A stretch of 64,000 nt of DNA from Octopus vulgaris (lineage: Eukaryota). A model generated the notes under the pieces. The model ran no database searches. It saw nothing but the letters and a program-made list of their open reading frames with translations, and was not told the origin of the DNA. Within the stretch, counting starts at the first letter, position 1; each line of letters starts with the position of its first letter. The translations under genes were made by a program, and so were the position numbers. The stretch is from positions 35,898,001 to 35,962,000 of the forward strand of contig OX597825.1 of assembly GCA_951406725.2 (NCBI GenBank), given 5' to 3'. This document shows, piece by piece, positions 36,201-51,170 of the stretch.

Positions 36201-39018
36201 TAATGAGCATCACCCTCAAACAAGCAGCGTTGTTCATTTTCATAGAGAAATAACCTTTCTTGGAAACAAATGAAGGCTGGTAACAAGCAGGGCACCTCAG
36301 TACTTTTTTTTAAAGCCTGTTACTTATTCTATTAGCCTCTTTAGCTGAACTGCTAAGTTATGAGGACATAAACACACCAACACTGGTTGTCAAATGGTGG
36401 AAGGGGTACAAACACACACACACATACACAACAAGCTTCTATCAGTTTTTGTCAACCAAATCCACTCAAGGCTTTGGTTGGCCCGAGGTCATAGTAGAAG
36501 ATACTTGCCCAAGGTGCCACATGGTGGGACTGAACCCAGAACCATGTGGTTGAGAGTAAGTTTCTTACCACTCAGCCACACCTGCATCTATATGCATATT
36601 TACAAATTGTTTATAAAGTGACCGACTACTTGAAAATCTTTGCCAAGTTATTGGATACCTTTAAGGGAGTTTAAACTGATAAAATTCTTCAGACCAATTT
36701 ATCTGGTTCCTGCAGATGTTTAGGCTAGACTTCAGTTACATAAAACTCACCAGTTTTGGCAAAACTCTAAAAGACTTCAGTACTACCCTTCCGCATTGAC
36801 TACACAACAACAATAAAAAAAAAAGCTATTGACCCAATTTGAAGTTTTTACTCTGGAGGTGTTTTTAGGTTGGAAGAGAGTGGGTACTTTTGGTGGGGAG
36901 GCAGATGGCAATTAATTAATACAAACTAAAGATGCCCTTCTCTTTTCTACATACACAACTGTTGTATGTTAGACAAGGAAACTGGAGTGAAAAGAGTTAC
37001 GTCTTGTACAGAGTAACTTAGGGTTATTGTAAAAATCAAAGTGATAATAATCTGCTCAGTAATGCTATCCCTCAAAGCAAACTAAAGCAAAGAGAGATGA
37101 TTATATATATTCAGGACTTCATCAATGATGTGCTCTTTCTCCTCCAGGTCTGCTTCAAATTTGTCTGTTTTATAAGAGACAGATTTGAAGCAGACTCAGA
37201 GCAGTGAAGGCAGGAGTCAAGAGGACTTTGACAGAGAACTGATTGATTGATTAACCAACTGATTAAGTAAGGAAATTTCAGATGTTTATGATTCTAGAAT
37301 CGGAAAGGACTTGACTTAAGTGTTTAATGGGGGACTCTGGGACATACAGTACTAATGAAAGAAGATAGGACTATGGGAAGGGTCAAACCTTAGTGTGGTG
37401 GTGGGATGAAGTGAGACACACTAAGGAAAGGGGTGAGACTCAAGGTGAATGAGGGGATGAAGTGAGAAATGTGAATAATGGGAAGAGGTGAAATGTAGTA
37501 CAAGTAATGGGAGAAGGTGAAACAAACCAAATGATGGAAGAGGTGAGATGCAGTGTGAGTGAGAGAAGGTGCAACAGTATGATGGCAAGAGGTGATATAC
37601 AAAGAGTGATGAGGAGAGATGAGGAGGCAGTGTGAAGGAAAGAACAGAGACAAATGGAATAGAGGTAGTCTGAGTGGGTGAGGATTGTATGTTGTATACA
37701 ACTATCTAATTCAGAGGAGCAGAGGCAGTCTTTAATGAAGAAAGCAGATGCTGATTGTTTGGTCAGATTTTGATCTGTGTATATTGCACTATTTATTGAT
37801 CAAAAACTTATGGTGCTTATATCTTCTACCTTTATTGTAGTATTGAATTTCGAGGATTTTATGTCAATCTAAAGATAAGAGGACAGTAAGAAATATATTA
37901 TAAAAACAACAAAATAAAAAAAAAACACAGAAAGAGTAAAACTTAATAGATATTTGGAGAAAATTTGCCAAGAGAGGTCAACCAGCAAGAGAGGAAAGAG
38001 GTGGAGAGGAAAAAAGAATGTAAAGGGGAGGAAGAGAAAGAGTGCTAACAAGAAGAATTAGCAAGAAGTACTTAGCAGTAAGAAGACCTGGGGGCTCGAT
38101 GTATGTAAATAGAAGGAAGAGGAGCAGGAAAAAATCAAGGGAAGCTCACAAGAGAAGGAACTAGAAGAAGGTGGTGGTGGTGGTGAGCAGCAGCAGACAT
38201 ATATCTGATGGTATATATCTCAATTTCTCGGAACAATACTATTGAGAGAATTTAACCAAGCTGACACACATCAGAAGAGAGCAAAGCAGATTGCAAATGT
38301 AAAGATATATAAATAACCAATATACATAAATAATTTTTTATCGTTATTTTTTAAATTGTTTCACTCACTGAAAAGCAGGCCATACTGGAGCACTGCTTTG
38401 AAGGGTTTAGCTGAACAAATCGAGCTCAGGGGTTAGTTTTAAACCTGGTACTTACTCTGTCAGTCACTTTTGACAAACCACAAGAATCTGTTTACAGGGG
38501 CATCAAGAAATCAACAATGGTTGTGAAGCAGAGGAACAAACACAAAGACACACAGGCGCACACACACACAAAAGCGATAGGCTTCCAAAAAGTTTCCACT
38601 TACCAAATTCACTCACAAGGCATTGGTTGGCCCAGGGCAATAGTAAAAGACACAGGCCCAACAAATGCCTTGTAAATAAATATGGTTAGACTGGAAGACA
38701 CATGGTTGCAAACCAAACTTCTTAACCACACAGCCATACCTGCACTCACTGAACAACCAATATAGATAAATATCTACTGCATACTTCAGCCATTAGACTG
38801 AGGTCTTTGAAGTATTTTAGTTGAATGAATCGACCCCACTTCTTATAACTTTTAAAGCCAGGTGCTTATTTTATCGGCCTCTTTTACCGGGCCCCAATAC
38901 TTATTTTTTAAGCCTATCAGTTTATTTTGCCAAACCATTAAGTTACAGAGACATAAACACCCAACACCAGTTGTCAAGCAGTGGTAGGGGACAAACAGAG
39001 ACACAAAGACAGACACAG

Positions 39019-39059
<41 letters not shown>

Positions 39060-40527
39060 ATGACAAGGGTCCCAGCTGATACAATCAATGGAACAGCTTG
39101 CTCATGAAATTAACATGCATGTGTACCCTTAACATAATTCTCAGGAAGATTCAGCACGACACAGAGTGTGACAAGGCTAGCCCTTTGAAATACAGGTACT
39201 CATTTTTGCCAGCTTAGAGGACTGGAGCAACATGAAATAAAGTGTCTTGCTCAAGGACACGACATGTCACTAGGAACTGAACTCATAACCTTACGATTGT
39301 GAACCGAATGCCCTAACCACTAAGCCTCATACCTTCACTATATATATATGCACACACACACACACAAACGATAGGCTTCTTTCAGTTTCTGTCAACCAAA
39401 TCCATTTGCAAGGCTTTGATTAGCCCGAGGATATAGTAGAAGACACTCACCCAAGGTGCCATGCAAGGAGACTGAAGCCACAACCATGTGGTTGGGAAGC
39501 AAGCTTCTTCACACTGCCAGTAATGATTATTTTTATCCATTTCCAGTATTGTTTTGTTGCAGGATTTTTCTAGGGAGGTAGAGTGAGCCTCCCTATGCTC
39601 AAGTATTCTTTCAGTGGATTGAAAGTTAGATATTTTTTTTTTCTATGCATTGTTTTACAGCTGGTTGTGGTACAAACCCCACACCTCCTACTCCCCTGCA
39701 AGACTTGACTAAATGTTAAATCAAGTAAGAAAATTGCAGTGGGATACTATCAGTGAACAGGTCATAGAAGTAAAGAGTAAAGACCTCCTTTGGTCATGAA
39801 TGACCATGGGATTGCACCTAGAAAATTACCTGAAGCACAAGTCTGGGCAAGGTTGTTTATGGAAGACCAGCAGTTGCCCATGCATACCGGTCTCCTCTCT
39901 CCATGCCACCGATGTTATCCAAGGGAAAGACAAAGGCCGATACACCAGTGACATCGCAACTCATTTCTACAGCTGAGTGAACTGGAGTAACATGAAATAA
40001 AGTGTCTTGCTCAAGAACACAACACATAGCCTGGTCCAGGAATCGAACTCACTACCTCATGATTGTGAGCCTGATACTCTATGTGCCTTCACAAGGTCAT
40101 AGAAGTACAAAGAAAATATTTTATACTTCACAGAAGCGAGTACATTTAAAATCTATGAACAAAAATGAATTTTACATTTTTTTTTTTGTGATCTTAAATG
40201 TCTGAAGTCATTTTCCAAAGCCACATGGCTTCAGGTTAGTCCCATTGCACAGCACCTTGGCAAGTGTCTTCTACTACAGCCTCAAGCCTACCAATATCTT
40301 ACAAGCAAATTTAATAGATGGAAACTGTGAAAGCTTGTGGTGTTTGTGTGTGTGTGAGAAAGAGAGATAGAGTGTGCGTGTGTGTGTATGTGTGAGTGAG
40401 ACAGAGAGAGAGAGATTTGTGTTTTGTTGCCATCACCACTTGACAACTGGTATTGGTTTCTTTATATCGGCATAATTTAGTGGTCCAGCAGAAAGTGACT
40501 GATAGAATAAGTATCAGACTTTATACT

Positions 40528-40558
<31 letters not shown>

Positions 40559-40987
40559 TTGTGTGTCTGCATGTGTGTGTGTGCGCGCGTGCATGTGTGT
40601 TTGTGTGTCTGCATGTGTGTGTGTATAAGGATTAGAATGTGTTCTCTGTTGTAAAATGGGCATGCAGAAATAAAACTGAGCTGAGACTAAATGATGAAAG
40701 CTGCATCTTATGCCGAAGGTGAATGACATCATTTCCATCCAGAAACCACATTCCTTTCTGGTATTAAAGGCCATTCAGGATGGCTCACTTACAATTTGCA
40801 ATGATTACACCTACTTTTCTACAATACTTGCAGCATTGTTTCAATCCTTATTTCTATAATGATTAGATATTATTACGTTTAATCATGTCAAGATTCTTGA
40901 CATGAAAACATGTGTCGAAACAGATATTGTTATACTTGGGGATGGTCATATTTTGCCAATAAAATACATCATTTGATCCTCACATTA

Positions 40988-41019
<32 letters not shown>

Positions 41020-41619
41020 TAAGGTGCTGAGCTGGCAGAATTGTTAGTACACCAGACAGAGTGCTTTGTGGCATTTCCTCTCTTTACATTCTGAGTCCAA
41101 ATTCCACCAAGGTTGGTATATTAAGTACCACTGAAGTACTGGGATTGATATGATCAATTGTCTCCCTCCTCACAAAATTCCAGGCCATATTCTGTGACCT
41201 CTTCAACTACTCTCTGTCCCATGTGTCTCCTCTTGTCTTGCCTATTCCATTACATTACCCAAGATATTTCGTCTTCCTATACCAATGAAAAATTTCAATT
41301 TCACGCCTTGCAATATATGTTTCTCTCTCCCCAGTTACTCCTATATAATATGTCATTGTCATTATCATTGTTTTCATGTCCACTTTTCTATGCTTGCATA
41401 GGTCAGATGGAATTTGTTGAGAAAGATTTTCTACAGCTGGATACCTTTTCTGATGCCAACACTCAACAATCTCCAAGTAAGGTAATATTTTGTTCATAAC
41501 AGGACATGTTTGGAAACAAAGGACAGCACTTGTATGACAAGTGATGCTCATTTCACAATTATCCCGTTATGTCAAGTGAAGGAGACAGTAACACACACGT
41601 GTTTACATGTATATATTAT

Positions 41620-41890
41620 CTACTGGCACTTGTGTGCAGGTGACACGTAAAAAAAACACACGATTTTCCGTGACCGTTGCCAGTACCACCTGATTGGCCC
41701 TCGTGCCCGTGGCACGTAAAAGCACCCACTACACTGAGTTGTTGGTATTAGGAAGGGCATCCAACTGTAGAAACTCTGCCAAATCAAGATTGGAGCCTGG
41801 TGCAGCCATCTGGTTCGCCAGTCTTCAGTCAAATCGTCCAACCCATGCTAGCATGGAAAGCAGACATTAAAAGACGATGATGATGATGAT
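41620..41890 (+). mobile_element. Retroposon family B copy
   Basis: Matches 14245-14475 and ends with a (GAT)n tail. Confidence 0.8.
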
Positions 41891-43414
41891 CATCATCATC
41901 ATCGCTTAATGCCTGCTTCATTCTGCTCTCTTGATTGTCTGGAACATTTTCAATGATGGATCTGTTGTATCAGAGTTGACCACAATATGCACACATACAA
42001 AACTACACATAAACACAAATGAAATTTACTCACAAAGCATTGGTGAATATGCAGCTATAGAAGGTGCCACACTGAGAGACTGAAACCTAAAAATACATAG
42101 ATGTGAAAGTAAACTTGTTAACCACAAAGCCATTTCTGTGTATAAAAGTATATGTTTGTGTGTGTGCACGCGTGCATACAAATAGAGAATATGTGTGTTT
42201 GTGAGTGCATACAGCACAATACAAGTGTATAGTGCATATAGGACTATACAAGTGAATCTATATAAAAAATATCTTTGTGTGAATACAATGAGTTTGCATG
42301 ATGTATATCTGTTAAGCATGAGATACACACGTGAATCTGCAGTGTATACATAAACATATGGGTTTACATATCCATGACCACTGACTCTCAGTGGAATCTA
42401 AGATGGAAAATTAATTGTTATAGAGTTGTTGAAGAGTTCTGTACTGAGGAAATTATAGCTGTGAAAAGTAGTGACTTTTGTTAAATAGTAGACAGCAAGT
42501 TGATGACTGTTCTTGACATGAGCTCTGGTAAACATAACTGGTTTCAACATTGGGCTGGTCAGTTCTGAATAGAATATCTTGAGGTTTGTAGAAAGGCATC
42601 TGAGCTGATTGCAAAACCCTGTATGTCATGTCTAATCTTCTGTGTAAGCGACTGCTACAACAGCTGTAACATGACTATGATGACCAGAAACAGTGAGACT
42701 GTGAACAACCAGACAGATCCAGTTATATAAGCCAGGCACTATAGGCTGATTAGTCTAGAAGACTAACATAGAGCTGCTGCTGTTGGCTGCCATTACCATG
42801 CAAACAGGCATGCCAATTGATTGGTTGAGAAAATGTATGATACAGGCTGGTGGGGGAGTTAGTTGATCTGAGGAGATGAAATTAAACTGTAAATCAGAAA
42901 ATTTAACTTCACATAATTGACACACAACAATACGTGTGTGTGTGTGTGTGTGTGTCAGACATTTCAACGACTGCAACAAGAAGCACAAAGTCAGTGCAAC
43001 ATTCTACCTCATTACATTGGCAAACTCTAGCTGCTGTCTGACAGTATCAAGGAAAATACCCAGAGCGTGTATAACAGAGAGAATGAATGGAAAAAATAAA
43101 TGTCCCAAGTTGTTGTAATTAAATACATTTGCCTGACCTGCTTGATAATTCAGACTGAAATTAACGAGAATAGAAACAGTTTATAAAACTTTACTGAGAA
43201 AACAGGCAATTACATACCTGCCTGAAATAATGGGCTTCAACCATTAACTTAACCTTTTTTGTAACCGCATATCTAATGAAATGTGGTTATATTAATTAAA
43301 AATGTTCTTTTATTCTTTTTCTTTTACATTAATGAAATATTTGGAATATTACTTAAACAAAGAGCTTCTTACATAAAATTTTGATAGACGATTTTAATTT
43401 AGTTACAAAACACT

Positions 43415-44717
43415 TTGACAAGACTGATGGAGATTGAAAAAAGGCTGCAACAAACCTATGCGAAGGAGAAAGCAGACAAAGAAGCCTGGGTTATAAAAAA
43501 CATTAAGTCAAACCAAAAGGCCTTCTTTCATTACGTGAAAGAAACAGCCTCAGTACGCTGCAAGGTAGGACCCCTCTTCCAAAAGGATGGCTCCCTCACA
43601 GACAGTCCAACGAGGATCAGTGAAGTACTGAATGTCCAGTTCAAAAGTGTCTTTACCACCCCGTTGGAACACAGACAAGCGAACGAACCAGTGGACTTCC
43701 TTGCTGCCTCACCTATAACCAGCGAGGCAGTTACGATGGAATACATAGACATTAGCAAAGAAGATATACTACTAGCCATAGATGAAGTGGGATGCAAACT
43801 CAACTGCTGGTCCTGATGGTTTCCCAGTAATCCTCCTCAAATCGTGTAAGAATGCCCTGGCAAAACCCCTCCAGATTCTCTTCCAGAGCTTTCTTGCAAA
43901 TGGCAGACTACCAAGCAAGCTGAAGGAGGGAATAATATGCCCAATCCATAATGGGGGAAGCAGAGCAAATGCCAAAAACTATAGGCCTCTCTCTCTGACT
44001 TCACACATTAGCAAAGTCATAGAACGGATAGTCAGAGGGAAACTAACCGCATTCCTTGAGTGATACCCAGCATGGCTTTCAGCCAGGTAGGAGCTGCCTG
44101 ACCCAGCTCTTACATTATGACTGGGTGTTGAGGCAGCTACTCAACAACTCAAATGTGGACATAATATACCTTGATTTTGCAAAAGCTTTTGACAAGGTGG
44201 ATCATGGTATGATATACCACAAATTGCATGATCTCGGCATAGCTGGAAAACTTGGAGAGTGGTTACATGACTTTTTGAAAGATAGAAGTCAGGCAGTTGT
44301 GGCTAATGGAGCCACCTCTATAAAAACACAAATAGTGAGCAGTGTTCCACAGGGCACTGTCTTTTTATAGTCTTTTTATGGGATCACTGCTTTTTATAGT
44401 GGCCCTCTCAGATATGCCCAGATAGCCACCCTTGCAAGCTATGCAGACAATACAAAGGTTTCGCAGAAAATACAGAACCCCAGCGATGTTGCACATCTGC
44501 AGCAGGAATTGGACTCAGTTTACAGACAGGCTGAGGATAATAATATGCAGTTTAATGCTGAAAAATTCCAAGCCCTGCACTACCAGCGTCCAAAACTGAA
44601 TACAAAGCTTACAGGGTACACTGGTCCACAGGGAATTTCAATCCCAGAGCCTAAATCAGTGAGGGATCTGGGTATCAACATGAGTGATGATACCTCTTTC
44701 CAAGTGCACATTACCAG
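43415..44717 (+). mobile_element. CR1-clade LINE reverse-transcriptase fragment (frameshifted)
   Basis: Consecutive ORF pieces read IKSNQKAFFHYV, STAGPDGFP, AKNYRPLSLTSHISKVIERIV, QHGFQPGRSCLTQLL, DIIYLDFAKAFDKVDH, SVPQGTV, SYADNTK, NNMQFNAEKF and VRDLGI. Confidence 0.92.
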
Positions 44718-45210
44718 GATTGCGTCAAATACAGACGACCTAAATGGACATAGTTTTTTGTATGTAGGGTCTTGCATACTTTTTTAATCTTTTTATAGAA
44801 GTGAAAGGATCTGTAGAAAAAGATTTTGCCTATTTATTTATTTCCACAGTCCACCTGCCATTGTCATTAAATTGACTAGGAAAACTGTACGCAATAAATA
44901 TCCAATACCAAACAATCTTAATCTTCATATTTAAACTGCATTAAACTATGGAAAGCTTACATTTACCTATTTTGAGTTACTTGAAAGGTGACATTCCCTT
45001 CCCTCTCCTATATTTATTTATACCTTTGTTTACCTTTGATACTGTTGTTTCACTTTAAGGATGCTTATTTACCCGTCCATTTTGATATTTTGACTGTTGT
45101 CCATTGTTTCAAATACATTTTAGCATTGTCATTCTAGCCCTTTTTAAACAATCACATGATTTGTCCCAAAGAATCAACCACGACAACTGATGTTAAATGA
45201 TGATGATGAT

Positions 45211-45243
<33 letters not shown>

Positions 45244-45254
45244 CCACACACATA

Positions 45255-46470
45255 CAGGGTTTGGACAAAACAATGGAAACGCCTAGCGTTATAGCATCAT
45301 AATTTTGAAATATCTGTCAAATGCTTGTTTATTTTTATGTCTTTTGATTTATTATTAGTGTTGCTTAATATGTTTTGCTAAAATTGCTGTTTCTTTTCAG
45401 ATATCATCAGAAAAAGGTAATTAAAATGACAGATCTATCAGACTTTCAAAGAGGTCAAATTGTTGGTGCTTGTATGGCAGGTGTTAGCGTAACGAAAATA
45501 GCCGAAATGTTTGGTGTATCAAGAAGTACTATCTCGAAAGTAATGACAGCCTTTGAGAAAGGGGGAAGAACCTAGTCAAAACAAAACTCTGGAAAGAAAC
45601 CAAAACTTTCAGATAGGGACCATATGTGAACTGTTAGAAAGGATCACAAAAGTACAGCTCCCAAAATTACTGCAGAGCTTAATGACCACCTCAAGAACCC
45701 AGTTTCCACAAAAACTGTTTGCCGGGAGGTGTACAAAGCCAGATTTCATGGGAGGGCTGCAATCAGAAAGCCACTACTTTCAAAAACAAAGCATTTAGGG
45801 TGGAGTAAAAACTTACAGAATTGGTCCCTAGAGCAGTGGAAGAATGTTATTTTCTCAGACGAGTCATCCTTTACCTTATTTCTGACCACCGGCCGAATGT
45901 ACGTGTGGAGGACAACCAAAAGACGCATTTGGCCCAGACTGCCTTCTTCCAACTGTTAAACATGGAGGAGGATCTGTGATGATCTGGGGGGGGGGGGGCT
46001 ATATCTTGGAAATCTGCCAGCCCAATGGTTTCCCTTCATGGCAGAATTAATAGTCAAAACTATGTAAGCATTTTATCTGATCAAATTCATCCTATGGTTG
46101 CAGAACTGTTTCCAGAGGGAAATGCAATCTTTCAGGATGATAATGCATCAATTCACATAGCTAAAGTTGTTACTGAATGGCACGAGGAACATTCTAGTAA
46201 AGTTGAACATCTTATCTGGCCCACCACAGTCCCCAGATCTCAATATTATTGAACATTTATTGTGCATTATAGAAAAACAAGTAAGGAGTCGACATCCTCC
46301 ACCATCATCAAGACAAGAACTGGAGACTGTTTTAGCTGAAGAATGGACAAAAATTCATTTGGAAACAATTCAAACTTTGAACAAGTTCATATCTCGTAGA
46401 AGTTAAGCTGTAATTACAACCAAAGGCAGTCCTACCCCATAATAAAATAAATTTGTTTGAACTTTTTCAG
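45255..46470 (+). mobile_element. Tc1-like (DD34E) transposon with a frameshifted transposase; no right TIR found
   Basis: Left end TA-cagggtttggacaaaacaatggaaac. Fragments read MTDLSDFQRGQIVGA, WKNVIFSDESSF, FQDDNASIH and PPQSPDLNIIEHL. Confidence 0.9.
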
Positions 46471-46852
46471 GATTATTATGAGCTTATAGAACAAAGGTTA
46501 ACTTGTTTCTTGGAAGAATACACACAAAATAGTCTGTTTTGTATTTCTCTCTGGTTGTGCACTTGGATCTGAGAGTAGCATGGCATTATTCATACGTCCT
46601 TGATATGATGCTTTGTTTATCCTCTGCTATTTTGAGCGACAAGCAAGATTGTTGATAATTAGCATGGGGGTAGCTGGATTGAATATATATTTGGAGCTTT
46701 AACATCAATTGTTGTATTTATGGTAGGACACTGATGAGGTGAACTGCATGACTGCATAATGTTTCTACAACTGTTACATGATTATTTTGGTATTTTGATG
46801 AAATGCATGCATGCCCTATAAAACACTGAGTATCATACTTGTTTTCTGCTTA

Positions 46853-46885
<33 letters not shown>

Positions 46886-47120
46886 GGGTGGTGAGCTGGC
46901 ACAGTAGCACAGTAGACAAAATGCTCAGTGGTATTTCACTCATCGCTACATTCTATGTTCGAATTCTACTGAGGTCGACATTACCTTTCATCCTTGCGGG
47001 GTCAATAAATTAAGTACCAGTGAAACACTGGGATTGATGTAATCGACTAGTCCCCTCCCCCAAAATTTCAGGCCTTGTGCCAATAGTAGAAAGGATTATT
47101 ATTATTATTATTATTATTAT
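46886..47120 (+). mobile_element. Family C SINE (Nin/Deu-like domain) with a (TTA)n tail, inserted in a (TTA)n tract
   Basis: ggtggtgagctggca...gaggtcgacattacctttcatccttgcggggtcaataaattaagtaccag...aaatttcaggccttgtgcc. Other copies at about 29362-29575, 41022-41190 and 57602-57810 (+), and 47725-47915, 47925-48130 and 49175-49392 (-). Confidence 0.82.
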
Positions 47121-50100
47121 TTCTCAAGGCAGCAAAGTGATAGAGTGGCAGCATTATCGTGTATATAAGGAAGCTGGGGGGTGGGGCCTAATCATCATCA
47201 TCATCATAATCATCAACATTTAATGTCCACTTCAGCAGGTTTGTATGAGTAGGATGAGGTTTGTTCATGCAAACTCCGAAGTCAGTGACTTCCACTTTTA
47301 GCACTCTGCAGTTAGTTACAAATGTTGTTTGTTGTTGTTTGACAGTATGTCAGCTGTGATCCAGCAGACTTAGAATCAACTACTTTCTCTTTTTTCCTCA
47401 TGTACAAGAGATTAAGAACTACATTATCCAGTATATGTTTCCTTTAAGAAAAAAAAAATAGTAGCATGTGATTTTAGTGATTATGTATTGGTAGAGAGAA
47501 AGTGTATGTGTATATGGTGCGACTGTAAATGAGTTAAATGGGAGTAGGTACCAAACATATAACCCAAACAAGTTTCTAAAACTATGCACTGGTTATACCT
47601 ACACAAATTATATATGTCTAATTATGACTAAGAATTTTATTACTCTAACCTAACTGATATAGCTATTAATAATTACTAAATCATTAGCATAGAATGGTAA
47701 ATAATCAAATAATGATAAGTTTTTCTACAATAGGCACAAGCCTGAAATTTGCAGGGTGGGGTCTAATCAATTACACTAACCCCAGTATTCAACTGGTGCT
47801 TATTTCATCAACCCTGAATGGATGAAAGGCAAAGTCAACTTCAGTGGAATTTGAACTCAGAATGTCAAGTCAGAAGAAATGCCTGCCATGTTAATTCTAC
47901 CAGATTACTGCCTTCGGTAATACAGGTTTCTATTTTAGGCACAAGGCCAGCAATTTTGAAGGAAGAGGATTAGCTAATACCATGGACTTTTGTACTTGAC
48001 TGATACTTTATTTTATCGATACCAAAAAGTGGGAAAAGGAAAAGCTGACTTTGGCAGGATTTGAACTCAGAATGTAAAGAACCTAAAGAAATACTGCAAG
48101 GCATTTTGTCTAACAGTCTAATCATTCTACTAATCCAAGGGTTCACATATGGCTGTGTGGGTAAGAAATTCTCTCTGCATTTATTTGGTTCAATCTCACT
48201 GTACCTCAGGCATCTTTTCACATAACATCAAGTCAAGAAATATAGTAGATAAAAACTATACAGAGGTTCCTTGAATGTATGTATTCATATATGTGTGTAT
48301 ATGTATTAGCATTAATGGTAGGCTTGGTGCATCAAATAAAAATATCTTTCCTGCATAAATTATATCACTTTATGCCGATATCAAATTTGTCTTTTACTCC
48401 TTACAAAAAACAAAAATCTATAAACCTAAGTACCAGCAAAATATTAGACTAGATAATGTAATTGACTGAAGATGCTAAATTCCTCACATTATGCAACATG
48501 TTAAATAGATATTTTTTTACATATGATAAACTATATTTCATGGTGTGTATCTCAGTTGTTATAATGCTGCACTTATGATCATAAAGATCATGGTTTCCAT
48601 TCCAAGAGCAGGTTATGGATTGTGTTCTGGAGCAAAATACTTCACTTCACACTGACCTAGTCCACTCAGTTAAACATTTTTTTCAATAGCTGAGGAGTTA
48701 AACCTGTGATGGACTGGTGTCCCACTCAGGGAAGAGGAGAGTTGTGATCTCAGTCACTTATACATCATGGAAACCAGATTAACTTCTGGCTTAATTAGTC
48801 CAAGGGCTCCAGACAAATGCAAGTCTATTTTTGATGGCTTACAAGGTACACTCTTTCCAAAAACAAAAATAAAAATCCTAAATATTCCACCTGTGTCTCA
48901 TAGAACACAGGATACAAGATCAGGTTTTAAGTTACTAGTAAATGTTAGTTCAAGAAAGGGCCTACCAAAACTGAAAATGCATCTTGTAATTTCATCTGTC
49001 TTATAGGCCATCAAATATGGCAATAACTGAAGCCAACCTCTGGGATGAATTATTATAGATCCCAGCTTACTTGTTATGGACTTGGAACAGTCTTGATCCC
49101 TGAAATGAAACACCAATGGTAATTCATGCAGCAATCTAAATGGATCCCTTAGAAAAATAAAAGAATATAATTATCAGTTTCAAATTTTGGCATAAAGTCA
49201 AAACTTTGTGGAAGTGGGAGAGTTGATTATATCAACCCCAGTATTCAACTGGTACTTATTTTATCAACCCCCTCCTCCAAAGGAAGAAAGGTAAAGTCAA
49301 TGTCAGTGGAATTTGAACTCAGAATATAAAGACATGAAATGCCATTAAGATTTTTGTCCAGTGTGCTAATGATTCTATCAGCTTGCCACCTTAAAAAGGA
49401 AAGTGCTTAATCCTTAAGACTAGATCTATATCAGTTTATCTCTGGCTACTCTTGCATAAAGGTAGAAAACATTACACAATATAATGCTTATAGACCTTTA
49501 AATAGATGAGATGGTCACAGGTGAAATGTCTTTGAAGACAAGTTTGTGCTTTACCAGGGTTGATCTAAGGTTTAACAACAACCCTTACATATTGGACAAT
49601 GAGGAACCCTCTCAATATAGTTAACTTAACGTGCAGAAATAGCAGTCAAATTTCTCACAAATCATATTCTATCATCTTGAATAAGGGAAGTGAACATTAG
49701 ATAGTGCAGTACCAGATAGCTATAAGAAAAAAAGATAGTTTCAGCTTAAACATGCCTGCTCTAACAGGATTAGCCAGGAGTAAATAACAACATATGAGTT
49801 TGTCTGTCATCTAATTTTAAAATGCCTCTTTAGATTATGGAAAGATAAAAATAGGTATTGCTGTGTAAATTGTATTATCATCACATAAATGCCAACATGT
49901 CAGTTATATGTGCTACATAATGGATGAGATTAACAGAATAAAGGCAAACATTAGAGAAGCCATGTTTATACAATCATATTTCAGTACTTGATTCTAAGCA
50001 TTCCACTTCATTAATAACACCATATTCCTTAAGAAACATAGAAACATCAACCACATTGGTTTCATCAGTTGTGAGATGGGACATACATAAGAGATGGGCA

Positions 50101-51130
50101 CAGCGAGATGTCCCGAGAACTTCTTTGTGGTTACCAAATGTGCTAGATGCAACAACCAGATCTCCTCAAATCATATCCTGCATTGGGAACATCGGAAAGT
50201 TTCTTTGGAAAATGTAGTGCTAAATATACACATATAAAGATGAGATAGTCATAAATAGGACATCAAACACAGATCTGCTTAAAAAACAATTTGAATATAG
50301 CAATTTAAATTGTAATAACAGAAATGTGCAAATATCACACAATCATGTTGCATTTTCTCCCACCACCACCACCACCCTATCTCTGATCAATATGAAACAC
50401 TGTGCTCCAGTTTGAAATCAATGTATGCCACGTAGATAAAATAAAATGAAAGTGAGTTTAATGGTTGTCAATACAGATCTCATTTCCAATTAGACAACAG
50501 AAAGAATATGGTCAATCAGGCTAAAGACACATACAATACAAAGAAAAATAGACTGAGATCAATATCTGGTTAAGACATTTAGATTACACAATTCCTGGTT
50601 TGATCTCAATGGGCAGTATCATGCACAGGCATTATCTGTTATAACCTTGAGGAGTTAAAACATGTTTTGTCAGTGAAATTTGACCGATGGGAAATGTGTG
50701 GGAGCCCATCAATAGATATCATCATCATTTTAATGTTTGCATATCCAGCATGGGTTGAACAAAAGGCATTGAGGTAGACAGGTGCTCTTCCTATCACTAA
50801 CACTAACTTGTTTCCAAGTAAGGTAATATTTCTCATTGTCCTTTAAACAATGAACAGCTCAATGGCCAGGCATGGCAGATTGTAAACAAGGATACTGTGT
50901 GTCTGGGCAGTGACTCTGTTTCCAAGATTACAAACAGGCACACATTTATTTTTTACTTGTTTCAGTCACTGCCTTCAAGAATTTAGTTGAACATATTGCC
51001 CTCAGTATCAATATTTTAAATCTGGTACTTATTCTATAGGTAGCTTTCGCTGAACCACTAAGATACAATGTCATAACCAAAGCAACAATGGTTGTCAATC
51101 AAGCAGTGAGAGGGACAAACACAAACACAC

Positions 51131-51170
<40 letters not shown>

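Noticed and set aside
37390-37701. Purine-rich tract with recurring gaggtga, and the pyrimidine tract at about 21120-21570
   Set aside because: They are low-complexity decayed simple repeats with no fixed period or coding signal.
45427-46406. Possible active or domesticated Tc1 transposase
   Set aside because: Multiple frameshifts and stops and a missing right TIR mark it as a fossil.
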